Source: Eledone cirrhosa (lineage: Eukaryota). From it: a stretch of DNA of 64,000 nt. The stretch covers positions 144,026,001 through 144,090,000 of the forward strand of contig OZ024743.1 in the NCBI GenBank assembly GCA_964016885.1, in the 5' to 3' direction. Positions 12,605 to 25,999 of the stretch are shown in pieces (position 1 is the first letter of the stretch; the number at the start of each line of letters is the position of its first letter). The translations under genes and the position numbers were made by a program. Under the pieces are notes generated by a model. It was not told where the DNA came from. It saw only the letters and a list, made by a program, of their open reading frames with translations, and did not search any database.

Positions 12605-13700
12605 CATATTGTTTATATGCTTCAGCATGTACCCATGGGAGGTCGGGTACCCTGTATTACTGCGTGACGCCAGAAGTCACGGTCGTGTGTCATTGACTTT
12701 GAGAGGTGTAGTTGGGTAAGGTCGGCTCTTATCACCTCATCCCAAGTCATCTTGGGTCTCCCCACTCCGCGGTTTCCATCAACTTCTAGTGCTCTGCACC
12801 TTTTTATGCAGCTGTCATCCTTCATACGCATCACATGTCCATACCAGCGTAACCGCCTCTCCTGCACGCAGCATTTGATTCCTCTTATGCTCAGTCTCTC
12901 TCTCAATTCATTTATGCTTTGTCGTTCACGTATATTACTGTTACACATCCATCGGAGCATGCAGGCTTCGTTTCTCTCTAATCTACGTAAGTCTTCCACC
13001 TTCAGCGCCCAGGTCTCACTACCATGCAACATCGCTGTTCGGATACACGCATCATACAGTCTGCCTTTCATTCTGAGGGAGAAGCCTTTTGCAGCTAGCA
13101 GTGGTAGTAGTTCCCTAAACTTCTTCCATCCCGTTCTTACCCTAGTTATTGTACTTTCTGAGCACCCACCTCCATTGCTAATTCGGTCACCTAGGTAGCA
13201 GAAGCTGTCTACTGTTTCTACAGGGCCCTCCCAGAGATTGGTGGTACTTGTTTCCTGTGGCTGTTTGCTTGCTGTTTCAGCACAGCTGCTGCATGTGAAT
13301 CCTACATTCTTAATTAAGCTTCCTGAGATCCCGCTACATCTCTTGTGTACCCATTGTTTGCATTTGGGGCAAAGAATGGAGTTCCTACCTACACCTTTCC
13401 TACATACTGAGCAAGGCCATTTCCCTGAGGGGATCTGGGTTCTGTTTTCTCGTCTACTTATAAGGACCTTAGTCTTTGTCATGTTGACTTTGAGGCCCTT
13501 TCTCTCTAGTCCCTGCTTCCAGGTTTGGAATTTATTCTCTAGTTCTACCATAGATTCAGCTATGAGTGCGAGGTCATCAGCATACAGGAGTTCCCATGGG
13601 CATCCAGTCTTAAACTCCTCCGTTATTGCCTGCAGGACTTTGATGAACAGGAGAGGGCTAAGAACAGAGCCGTGGTGGACCCCAACCTGTACGCTAAATT
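12605..13700 (-). mobile_element. 5'-truncated RTE-clade LINE (RT C-terminal half, embedded PHD finger, C-terminal domain)
   Basis: Uninterrupted frame 13700-12622: [26 protein letters not shown]4HC3 finger, FCYLG, MLHGSETW, RRLRWYGHV, GRPKMTW. Confidence 0.92.
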
Positions 13701-13701
13701 C

Positions 13702-15117
<1,416 letters not shown>

Positions 15118-15233
15118 ATAAGTTGAAAAAAATGAAAACGAAATTTCATTTCTCACTCTTAGTTTGGCACTTACTTAAATGTAAGTATGTATGTATACGT
15201 ACATACATATATGTATACAGACGTACAGTAGCA

Positions 15234-15286
<53 letters not shown>

Positions 15287-15432
15287 GTACACATACATAT
15301 ATGCACGCATCAGTTTAGCGGACGCTTATTATAACGCCGCTTTGTTCGTTTGTCAACAAACTGAACAGCCTGAATTTATGCCATACGGTGTTAAGGCAAC
15401 CACGTCACCTTTTTGTTTAACACTGACACAGG

Positions 15433-15477
15433 AACGATGTACTAGTTTCAAGCTTGTTAGCTATCATCAGCACCGTT
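15433..15477 (-). ncRNA. Minimal type I hammerhead ribozyme
   Basis: AACGGTG-CTGATGA-T-AGCT-AACA-AGCT-T-GAA-ACTAGT-A-CATCGTT: 7-bp stem I, palindromic stem III, GUA cleavage triplet. Confidence 0.85.
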
Positions 15478-15882
15478 TACCCATCTGCCAGATAGTTGAA
15501 CGTTCGAAAGTATATACTTTCCTTATGAAAATTAACGGCTGAGCAGCCTAATTTGCATAATGAGTGAGTTAAATCGGTCAGGCATACCGAAAACGATAAG
15601 TTGAAAAAAATGAAAACGAAATTTCATTTCTCACTCTTAGTATGGCACTTACTTAAATGTAAGTATGTATGTATACGTACATACATATATGTATACAGAT
15701 GTACAGTAGCATGCATATATATATATATACATACAGGTACACATACATATATGCACGCATCAGTTTAGCGGACGCTTATTATGACGCCGCTTTGTTCGTT
15801 TGTCAACAAACTGAACAGCCTGAATTTATGCCATACGGTGTTAAGGCAACCACGTCACCTTTTTGTTCAACACTGACACAGG

Positions 15883-15927
15883 AACGATGTACTCGTTTCA
15901 AGCTTGTTAGCTATCATCAGCACCGTT
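15883..15927 (-). ncRNA. Minimal type I hammerhead ribozyme (second unit; stem III ACGAGT)
   Basis: Identical to 15433-15477 except for one stem III substitution; 450 nt away. Confidence 0.78.
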
Positions 15928-16153
15928 TACCCATCTGCCAGATAGTTGAACGTTCGAAAGTATATACTTTCCTTATGAAAATTAACGGCTGAGTAGCCTA
16001 ATTTGCATAATGAGTGAGTTAAATCGGTCAGGCATACCGAAAACGATAAGTTGAAAAAAATGAAAACGAAATTTCATTTCTCACTCTTAGTATGGCACTT
16101 ACTTAAATGTAAGTGCAGCTAAACTGATGCGTGCATATATGTATGTGTACCTG

Positions 16154-16199
<46 letters not shown>

Positions 16200-16311
16200 T
16201 GCTACTGTACGTCTGTATACATATATGTATGTACGTATACATACATACTTACATTTAAGTAAGTGCCATACTAAGAGTGAGAAATGAAATTTCGTTTTCA
16301 TTTTTTTCAAC

Positions 16312-16945
16312 TTATCGCCATAGATCAGATATTATGGTTGTCCCTGGCAATATACGATGCTGTATAATGGTTAAAAGTGTCTCCGCGGTCCTGTCTTCTA
16401 CTGCTACTAAAATACATCTTCTGGTACCTCTTTCCAAAGCACCAAAACCCCACTGTGTTTTCACAGAATGGCCACGATGGTATTTCCTTCTCACGAATGC
16501 GCTTTCATCAATCTCGACAATTCGGTTTGGCCCGCTAAGCTTAATGTTTTGTGCCACATAGTACTCTGCACATAGATCACGGCAAAAATTTCGCCAATCT
16601 GCTACCGCCACATTCGCGATACAACATTCCTCTGAAATCTTCTTTTGCCCCAAAATATAATATATCAACTATTTGTTCACACTTCAAATTGCTATTTTCT
16701 AAAAATGTGCCTTTTCTAATAGAAACCTGTTTTCTACATGGTCCTTTACACGACCAGATAATCCCATCTGACACATTTTGTTTCGCTACTTCCAACATAC
16801 GTTGACCACATGAAGGGCAGACCTTTTGTGTATTCAGAAGTCCTTGAATTTTCAACCAATTGACGGTATCTGCTGTAGTAGCGGTAGCGATGGCAAGATC
16901 GCGATGGTTAATTCCCTTAACACTTGGGTATATTGTAGAACTCAT
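16312..16945 (-). pseudogene. Merlin (IS1595/IS1016-like DDE) transposase, frameshifted and 3'-truncated
   Basis: N-terminal CPSC..WSC..C..SIRKGTFLE zinc ribbon; VEIDESAFVRRKYHRG, QWGFGALER and ILPGTTIISDLWR. The frame ends exactly at the HHR-repeat junction. Confidence 0.88.
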
Positions 16946-17078
16946 TTTTCAACTTGCAGATGCGTGTATTATCACAAAGTGAAGATTAAAGTTTATTTAT
17001 TTACACGCGGTGTTGGTGATGATTGTTGCTGATTGGTGGGGATTATCTCCATGGGGACTGTATCCATGCTTTTGAATA

Positions 17079-17323
17079 AGGTTGGTGAAAATAATTTGTT
17101 TTCTAAACATTTCATACCATGAACTGTAAAAATACAGTTCATGGTATTAGCTGTCAGAAGTGAAAGTAGGGAAGATTGACGAATGACGTCACATATTTTC
17201 ATAGTTATGGTTATCAATATAAAAAACAAGTCATTTTCACCAACAGTGGAGTTAACTTAAATGAAAATATAGGTGGCCCTTAAAAGGGCCAAATTATGGT
17301 TATCAAATTTTTTTCACCAACCC
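17079..17323. mobile_element. mariner-type MITE
   Basis: TIR RGGTTGGTGAAAAWAATTTG at both ends with TA flanks (17077-17078 and 17324-17325). Confidence 0.65.
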
Positions 17324-17499
17324 TATATATTTATGAAGAAATGTTTAGAAAACAAATTATTTTAAGTAAGTCCACTTACATCGATATGCTTTATAACCAT
17401 GACTTGTTTTCTAATTTGGCCCTTTTAAGTCTTCCTTCTCTCTCTCTCTCTCTCTTCCCCTCCCCCTCTCAAAAAAACGCGTGAAAACTCCACTTACGC

Positions 17500-20085
17500 G
17501 TGGTAGTAATACGGAAATAAACGATGTTTGACGAGTGACGTTACCTTCGCCTGTTTCCATCGGCTGCTTGGACTGACAGCTAATAGCGTTGTAGTGCCGA
17601 TATCTGAATTAATTTCCAATACCATCGTCACATTTTCTACACTATCAGCTGATTTGCATTTTTTGCACCTTTTAGTATGGCGGATATTTAAATATATTTA
17701 CATTACCAATAATATTTAATACGACTCTAAAGTAGTATATGCAGGAAGTGCTGGACTCTGAAAAAAATTTCTTCTAGTTGTTTATAAATTTGCACCTTTT
17801 TCAGTAACCCCTAATATTTTAATATTATTATAAGACTTTAAATAATGTTTGCCATCCTAAAATGGAGAAATTTCAATTTTTAAAAATTAAAATTTTTTTT
17901 TTAACTAGTTAAGTTTTTCCAAATATCTAAAATTAAAGTTAATTTAAGTACTTTTTGTAATAAAAAAAACTTAATTTCTCTTGTTTATTAATGTCATATT
18001 AAAAATGTTAACTGTAGATAAATAACATTGATATGATGTCTACTGCAAAGAAGCTGAAGTTAGATACCAGCAGTAAGGTTAGACAGTGGTGTGATGATTA
18101 TGTTAGATATGGATTTCAAAAAGCTGACACTAAAAAAGATACACCAGATCAGCCCATGTGTTTGCTATGTTCAAATGTTCTATCAAATAGCTGTTTAAAT
18201 CCTGCAAAACTTAAAAGAGACCTTGATACTAATCACACCAATGATAAAAACAAGTCACTGGAATACTTTACTTCGCTGAAAAACAACATAAAAAATCACA
18301 AGCTAATATGTATGACTTGTTTTGTAAAAAGTCAGATAGAAATAAAGCTTTAACAAGAACATCTTTTGAAATTTCATATTTGATTGGTAAAAACAAGAAA
18401 CCATTTACATTAGGAGAACAGTTAATTCTGCCAAGTATAAAAATTGCCACAGAGAATCTTTTTGAAAGCTGCAGTATTAAGGACAAAGAAAAATTAAGCC
18501 AGTTACCATTGGCATCAAATACCGTAAAAAGAAGGATAATTGATATTTCTTCTGATATAGAAAATCAGATACTAACTGCACTGAAGAAAAGCATGTTTTG
18601 GTCTGCAAGTGGACGAAACTACAGATATTAATAACAAGGCTCAATTAATTTGCTATGTACGGTTTGTAGACCTGATAAAAAAGAATTAGTAGAAGAGTAT
18701 TTGTTTTGTCTGGTATTAGACATTACAAGTAAAGGTCAAGATATATTCAATAAAATTGAAGAGTATTCTTTAAAAAATGGTGTATCTTGGAGCAAGTTGA
18801 CTTCAATAACAACAGATGGAGCAGCTGCAATGACTGGTAAAAATTCTGGTTTGATTGCAAAAATTAAAGAACAGACCCCAAATTGTATTTCAAATCATTG
18901 TATGATTCATCGAGAGGTTTTGTGTTTAAAAACATTCAAAGACAGAGATGCTCAAATATTAAATGACCAGCAGCTGAAAGACATTGTCAAAATTATCAAT
19001 TTGATCCATACAAGAGCAAAAAATTCTAGAATGTTTGAATCTATTTGTGAATCTTCTGGAAGTAATTATAATAGATTGTTATTGAACAATGATGTGCGTT
19101 GGCTGTCTTTTGGGGATGCTATGAAGAGAGTTTTTGAACTGAGAGAAGAAATAATAGTTTTTCTAAAAAAACGGAATGATGAAAGAGCAAGTGTATTAGA
19201 AACCAATGAATGGAATGTGCAACTCGCTTATTCAGTAGACATTTTTGGTGAACTGAACAAACTAAATAAGTGTCTTCAGGGTAACAATGCAGATATTTTT
19301 ACTTCAATCAATTTTATTACATATTTTCAATCAAAATTAAACATCTTTATAAAAAGAATTGAATCGGACAATTACTCATTACTTTCAAACCTTGAAATAG
19401 AGCTTAAAAAGAGAAGATTTTGACTCCATCAATGTAAAGAAGATTATTCTTTCTCATTTAAATGTGCTTTCCACAAGTTTTTCAGATTATTTTGACTTGA
19501 TGGAAAAAGATATTGTTAGCGGAAATTTATGGATAAAAAACCCGTTCACCGAGATCGAGCAGTTAGTGTCAGAAAATGACGCTGGAAATTGTAAAAATTT
19601 ACTACCTGCACAATGCTTATATCAGTTGATGGATTTGAATTCAAACGAAGACCTGAAAGTGATATTCGAAAGCAGAAAGAAAGAACTATGGATCGACTTA
19701 TTCTTGATTGGGTAGTTTAATGAAATCAGCCAACTTACATTGAAATATTTGACTTTATTCCCATCTAGCTTCTAGCTACTTGTGCGAAAAAGGGTTTTCG
19801 CAGTTGGTAGAAATCAGCACAAAGAAGATGAATAAACTGTCAGCAATTGACGAGTGTATGAGACTGGCATTAACTAGTGTTGAACCTTGATTTTCTAAAC
19901 TCACTGATGAGGCGCAGCAGAAAAGCTACTAGTTAATTGTGTTCGATTACATACACACGCATGAAACACTAAAATAAATAAATACTTTATTATTTTTTTT
20001 TGAAAAGTTTTGTATTGTATAGGTTCCGTGAAGAATTCAAAATATTTAGAGGGTTCCTCGGTTTTAGAAAGGTTGGCGACCACTG
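17500..20085 (+). mobile_element. hAT Buster/Charlie element; 3' TIR present, 5' TIR not found (start approximate)
   Basis: Ends AAAGGTTGGCGACCACTG (reverse complement CAGTGGTCGCCAACCTTT), a typical Charlie-type terminus. Confidence 0.7.
18033..19915 (+). pseudogene. hAT (Buster/Charlie; ZBED5/SCAND3-like) transposase, several frameshifts and stops
   Basis: BED-like PMCLLCSNVL..KLKR..H; LQVDETTDI; TTDGAAAM; HCMIHREVLC; VRWLS; C-terminal YLCEKGFS dimerisation motif. Confidence 0.9.
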
Positions 20086-20367
20086 CACTAACCTATGTAA
20101 CTAAACAGCTTTAATTTTTTTTGTCTTTCCTCACAGCAGAAGTAAAATAATATATAGTAAAGAAGTATTAGTTGTTGTTCGTAGTACTGTTGATGTTTTG
20201 GCTGTTGTTTTTGTTGTTGTTATTATTGTTGATAATATCTTAAAGGAAATTAATGTGGTGTGTATGATTATCGTGGGTTGAATATCGCTACTACTGTGGT
20301 GACTAGGTGAAATTGTTACTTTATAAATCTAAATATGTTGTTACATATAATATACATATATACATAG

Positions 20368-20399
<32 letters not shown>

Positions 20400-20593
20400 T
20401 ATATTATATTTTGAGAATAAACTCTGTCGTTTACAATAATTAAGCTCCAGGAAGGGGCTCTTCCATATAAGCTTGTCTTTATTGACTTGTATCGAGACAG
20501 ACAAATTGTATTCACTTTTATTAGTTTATTTCATTAATAGCTAACTTTGTCTGTTGCAATGTAAACACATTTCGTGTTTATCATATACTTTAA

Positions 20594-20622
<29 letters not shown>

Positions 20623-20628
<6 letters not shown>

Positions 20629-20955
20629 ATTAAATAAATGGAAAACTATATTTATAAAACCATATCTATTTCATTATATATATTTCGGGGATATCATATT
20701 AACAATATGCTATGCCTTCATCAGACAAAATACAATATAAATATATATATATTTATATTGTATTTTGTCTGATGAAGGCATAGCATATTGTTAATATGAT
20801 ATCCCCGAAATATATATAATGAAATAGATATGGTTTTATAAATATAGTTTTCCATTTATTTAATATTGTAAATATACTCCAAATAATTGTCGAGTGCTTT
20901 TATATCAGTTATAAATATTTACTAGTTGTAACCCAACAATTTTAAATATAACTTT

Positions 20956-20958
<3 letters not shown>
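20623..20958 (+). mobile_element. Fold-back hammerhead element, family H2 (perfect 248-bp palindrome plus tail)
   Basis: 20623-20746 is the reverse complement of 20747-20870; tail contains ACTC..GAGTGC; (TA)n on both sides. Confidence 0.8.
20761..20826 (+). ncRNA. Type I hammerhead ribozyme (mirror copy on minus strand at 20667-20732)
   Basis: TATTTTGT-CTGATGA-long stem II-GAA-ATATATAT-A-ATGAAATA: 8-bp stem I with 2 G-U pairs; A-C at 10.1-11.1. Confidence 0.72.
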
Positions 20959-20991
<33 letters not shown>

Positions 20992-20995
<4 letters not shown>

Positions 20996-21116
20996 GTAGA
21001 ACACTGGAAGGTAATATCCGTAGTGGTAGAGCACTCAGTCCATGGGACGAGTTAGGTAGAAGCGGTTACACAACAGTTAGTTCTCGGTATGGTGAACTAA
21101 CTGTTGTGTAACCACT

Positions 21117-21119
<3 letters not shown>
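20992..21119 (-). mobile_element. Fold-back element, family H3 (26-bp arms 21058-21083 and 21094-21119, plus tail)
   Basis: Arm and loop match the sequence downstream of the HHR at 48366-48436; minus-strand tail contains ACTC..GAGTGC. Confidence 0.72.
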
Positions 21120-21156
<37 letters not shown>

Positions 21157-21159
21157 CAC

Positions 21160-21338
21160 GGTGGATTGGCAGTATCGGTAGAGGGTCGGACGCCATGCTT
21201 TCCAGCATAGTTACGTCCCTTTACGATCTGAGTTCAAATCCCGCCGAGGTTGACTTTGCCTTTCATCCTTACGGGGTTGATAAATAAAGTACCAGTAATG
21301 AACTGGGTATTTGCTGGCCTTGTGCCTAACGTAGAAAC
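21160..21338 (+). mobile_element. SINE family A copy
   Basis: Match to 312-500. Confidence 0.8.
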
Positions 21339-21652
21339 ATATATATATATACACACACACACACACAGACAGGGTGTCCCCTCAAAAAATTGTATACCAT
21401 ACTTCAACAGCATTCTAATAAATATTGTCTGTACAGGTAATCAAAGTGTGTATACATTTTTTGGGACAGCCTGTAGAAATGAGTTTACCCAACTACGGGT
21501 TAAATAGCCTCACCAACCAGCAATTGGCCAAGCATGGTGAGTACGGCTACATCCCTAACATGACCAAAATCAAAACAGAAAACAGTGGAGGTCAATCAGG
21601 GAGGGGTTCCTCTGGTAGGAATGAAAAAGCCCTGGATTGAATATATATATAT

Positions 21653-21856
21653 AGTGTTAGAAAGTTAAGGGAACACAAACAAGAGATAGATATTTTCCCT
21701 TCATCAGTTGTCTACTTCGGGTCACGGATGTTTCAGCGCATTATAGACCCGTAGTAGACAACTGATGAAGGGAAAATATCCATCCCTTGTTTGCGTTCCC
21801 TTAATTTTCTAACACTCGTTATCAGTAACCACGCAGCATCGTCCCTCTCAATCCAT
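21653..21856 (+). mobile_element. Fold-back element (~70-bp imperfect arms, 22-nt loop, tail)
   Basis: 21653-21723 versus 21746-21816; TA flanks; the loop carries a GAAAC half-core on the minus strand. Confidence 0.65.
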
Positions 21857-21868
21857 ATATATATATAT

Positions 21869-22028
21869 AGTAATAATAATAAATTTGAAGACTAAAATCC
21901 AAAGAGGGCTCGATAAGGATAAATATATATCAAATATATAAGAACCGTAGAGCAAATATTTATTAAAATAACAGATTAAAGTTTAAGCAAAGAATCGCTG
22001 CTTTCACCCTTAACGGGATCTTCTGAAA
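21869..22028 (-). mobile_element. Family H1 copy
   Basis: Near-identical to 10693-10852. Confidence 0.8.
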
Positions 22029-22926
22029 TATATATCATTTTCCACAAAAACAATATAAAAAATTAAAACCACAGGTTAAGAGGTTAAACACAGCTCAAAA
22101 CAGTGTAATTTATAAGTAAAACAAAAGGCTATGTATGAACCCTTCTGAAAGAATTTCCCAAAAGGGATGTATACAAACTCCTATTGTGCCAAAAATGACA
22201 AATACACTAGAAGCAAATTATTCATTAAAAAAAGACACCAAAAATACATTAATACATTAAATGTTGATTAACGAACGTTTCCTCCCCTCCTGGGACTTTT
22301 CAAATTCTGATATATATATATATATATGCGTGCGTGCGCGCGCACGCGTCTTCTTGCTACTACTTCTGATAAAAACTTCCACTTAGACCTCATGTTGACA
22401 TCAGATCTTGTAAACTTTATAATCTTTGTGTGTGTGTGTATGTGTGTGCGTGTAGGGTGTTTCATTTCTGAGTGGGAGTGCGTACATGTGTTTGTGTATC
22501 TGTATTTCAGTTGTGTGTGTTTACGTCTGTTTGTAGGTGCGTTGCGGTTCTGAATGGGGGAGTCTGTGTGTGTGTCAGGTGCTAGTGTGTGGGAGTGTGC
22601 GTATCTATGTATCTGTGTGCACGCACGGCGCGTGTGTGTCTAGTTTCCCCTCTCTGTTTTTCACGTTTATATCTGTCTATCTGAAGTTGTGTTTGAGATT
22701 TCCTTGGATTACTACTTTCTCCAATTGACTAACCAACCTTGCGGTGTTGTTGGTTAGTTAGTACTGAAGTAGTATGAATAGCTACTACTACTACTACTAC
22801 TACTACTACTGTAACAGTTCACCTGAGTACACAACAGTAGGGGTGGGCTAGATAGTGGTGCATACAGAAACAGTGAGAGAGAGAGCAGAGGGGTGATTGT
22901 GTTTGGAGATAAAGAGTGGTACTTAG

Positions 22927-23200
<274 letters not shown>

Positions 23201-23250
23201 AATTATTCAAAATATTAACAAATGGAAAATATTCTCATAATCAAAATATA

Positions 23251-23318
23251 TACTTTATTATATATATTTCGGATGTACTGTGTTGTTTTTTTTCAGTACG
23301 TCTTCATCAGACAAAACA
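23251..23318 (-). ncRNA. Type I hammerhead ribozyme in a diverged H2-related element (23201-23480)
   Basis: TGTTTTGT-CTGATGA-AGACGTACTG..CAGTACATCC-GAA-ATATATAT-A-ATAAAGTA. Stem II sequence is entirely different from 20761 but still pairs. Confidence 0.72.
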
Positions 23319-23852
23319 TATGATTTGATATATGATATACCACTACGGTCTTGATTGTTCAATTCCAGTTAATATTTTGAATAATATTAAAAACTCCAGG
23401 AAAACTTATATGTTGAGTGCTTCTAATCTATTGTAAAATTGTATTAATTGAGTATTCAACGTACCATACTAATCTTTGGTTTTATATATATATATATTTA
23501 TATTTTTATATATATATGTTTTTCATATATATATATATATAGATATATATATATATATATACACACGCACATACATAGAGAGAGAGAGGGGTGTATATAG
23601 AGAGAAAGAGAGTGGAAGGGATGAGTGTATATATACCTGTGTATGTATGTATGTATGTATGTGTGTGTGCATTGAGTCGAGCATATAGAAAGTGAGAGAG
23701 AAATAGAGTAGGGGTGGAGAGTGTGTGTCTATACTTTTGTATGTACTTATATGTATATGTATACGTGTGTTTGTATGTATAGGAGTAAGGCAGAGAGAGA
23801 GAAAGAAAAACAATTGAGGTAAAGTGTGTGCGTGCGTGTTTATTTATATATA

Positions 23853-23899
<47 letters not shown>

Positions 23900-24753
23900 A
23901 AGTGTGTGAGCAACACCCTGTCCGAAGAGATTCGGATTGTCCTGCCATAGTATACTGTGGTTGCTAGTACTGGCATGGCCCATGGACAACACTTGAGGAA
24001 TATTTTACCTGTCACAACAAATCCCCTCGCCCCACCACCACATACATCAACTTCCTTCCTAACTTTCTAAACAGACCACCATACACATGGAGTTTACATT
24101 CTTTAAAAACAAATTAAGATTTCATAGTGTTCTAACTTATGGTGGATTACGGCTTATTCTAGGCAATACTCTGACCGCAACTCGTTCGTAATCTTGTTTC
24201 TCTCCTCTCTCTCCAACTAGGACTTTTTCCAATATTAATTACTATCAACACACACTATAAAAAAAAAGAAGACATTTCGTAGTTATATAAATATCTATAT
24301 ATGTGATAATTACAGTTTTAAAATGTTTTTTTTAATTTGTGAAATTGTCTTACCATAAATATAATTTTATTTGAAACATTTTCTTTTTCTTAATCCAACT
24401 TTCCACACACGCATTAAACCCCCACACCCATATATATACGTGTATATTATGTGGGTCTTATATAATAATTACATGCATTAATTAATTTAAAGATCATTAA
24501 GAAAATTATTTATTACCTTTGTTGACTTATTTTTTTCTCGTTTTTTTTTTTAAATATTTATTTTAATAAATTTTAACAAAATAAACATGTAGCAATTTTT
24601 AGGTATGCTGTTGCATCCATTCTTTTAATACCACCATCATCATCAAACAGACAAAATAATCTCTGCATACTTTGACCAATTTCTCCTCAAATTCTATTCA
24701 ATCTCCAATTCTTTGAAAAGAGTAATCCTTTGCTCATTTTACATACACATTTT

Positions 24754-24804
<51 letters not shown>

Positions 24805-25618
24805 CTGTTTACTTTGAAGTTTTGTCGAAGTTACCGGTATATTGATTCTATAAACTCTATGAGTCCTTCCTTTAATTATGCTTGCTATATAAAACATACA
24901 CACATGTGTGTGGTTTAGTCGGATGAATTTCGTATTAATGGTGTGGTTAACATTCTTTAAATACATAAATCGTTATTTAACACCCTTATTAAAATATATA
25001 CTTTCTAAAGATTGTTCCGGTAAAGTTTATAACTTCTAGATAGTTACTTCTGTTTATCTATCTATCTGTCTGTCTGTTAATCTGTTTGTCTGTCTTTCTA
25101 ACTGTCTGAGTCTATCTGCCTCTATATATATATATATATAGTAGAATAATCGAGTATCGAAAAATCGGCGCACGAGTTCACATATATATAACTGTTATAC
25201 ATCTACCTGTTTGTCTATCTGTTTACTTACCTGTCTATCTACCTATCTCTCTCTCTCTCTATATATATATATATCTACCTACCTATCAATTATTTTCAGT
25301 TCTCTATAAAAATCTTTCATTTCAAACAAGTTTATGCCTAGGTCACTCAAACTTGTGAGCCAATAAGCTCACTGCAAATAGTAACCACCAACTTGTCATG
25401 TTGTTACGCCAAAATAATTTCACCTGTAATATACACATCATACACATGTAACATACCCATGCATCTTGTGCAACAAACAGGAATTCTATTACCATTATCG
25501 GAAAAATTAAATTAAAAAAAAAATTCTTTGAAGAAATAAAAAAAAATATTTTGGAAGTAAAATAAAATTCTTCATAACCAAAATCTTTGGAAATTACATG
25601 GTTTTGTAATATGGCATC

Positions 25619-25723
25619 ATGAATGGAAATAATACAAACACAAACATCCCTGTCCAACGTCGGACAGTCCGTTCTAATCAATCATCTCTCAATAGACGTT
25701 CTTGGCCAATTGCTCCGTTCAAG
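25619..25723 (+). CDS. Candidate first coding exon of an unidentified host gene (MNGNNTNTNIPVQRRTVRSNQSSLNRRSWPIAPFK)
   Basis: ATG with A at -3 and an in-frame upstream stop; 35 open codons with retained CpGs; strong donor AAG|GTAAGG; non-repetitive context. No homology recognised. Confidence 0.4.
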
Positions 25724-25792
25724 GTAAGGGACACTTAGATGATGTAGCAGATTTTTCTTGTATTCCATATATCTATCTATATGATACACACA

Positions 25793-25855
<63 letters not shown>

Positions 25856-25958
25856 CTATATATACACACATATCTATATATACATACTTATGCTCATACA
25901 TCTCTCCCTCTCTTTCTCATATATATATATATAATATATATGAGAGAAAGAAAGAGAG

Positions 25959-25999
<41 letters not shown>

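Larger units (their letters stand above)
15118..16317 (-). mobile_element. Tandem hammerhead-bearing repeat (retrozyme-like): 2 full units, 1 partial unit and an inverted partial unit
   Basis: Unit boundaries at 15118, 15596 and 16046 (ATAAGTTGAAAAAAATG); inverted partial copy at 16118-16317; each full unit holds a minus-strand HHR. Confidence 0.8.

Noticed and set aside
16312-16945. Bacterial IS1595 contamination or recent horizontal transfer
   Set aside because: It is a decayed copy embedded among eukaryotic repeats and fits the eukaryotic Merlin superfamily.
18033-19915. Domesticated ZBED5/SCAND3-like host gene
   Set aside because: Several frameshifts and stops, plus a retained 3' TIR, indicate a dead transposon.
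19903-19925. CTGATGAGGCGCAGCAGAAA as a hammerhead core
   Set aside because: It lies in the last codons of the hAT transposase and has no convincing stems I or III.
21762-21800. CTGATGAAGGG.. as a complete hammerhead
   Set aside because: No GAAA after the stem II-like pairing and no stem III or cleavage triplet.
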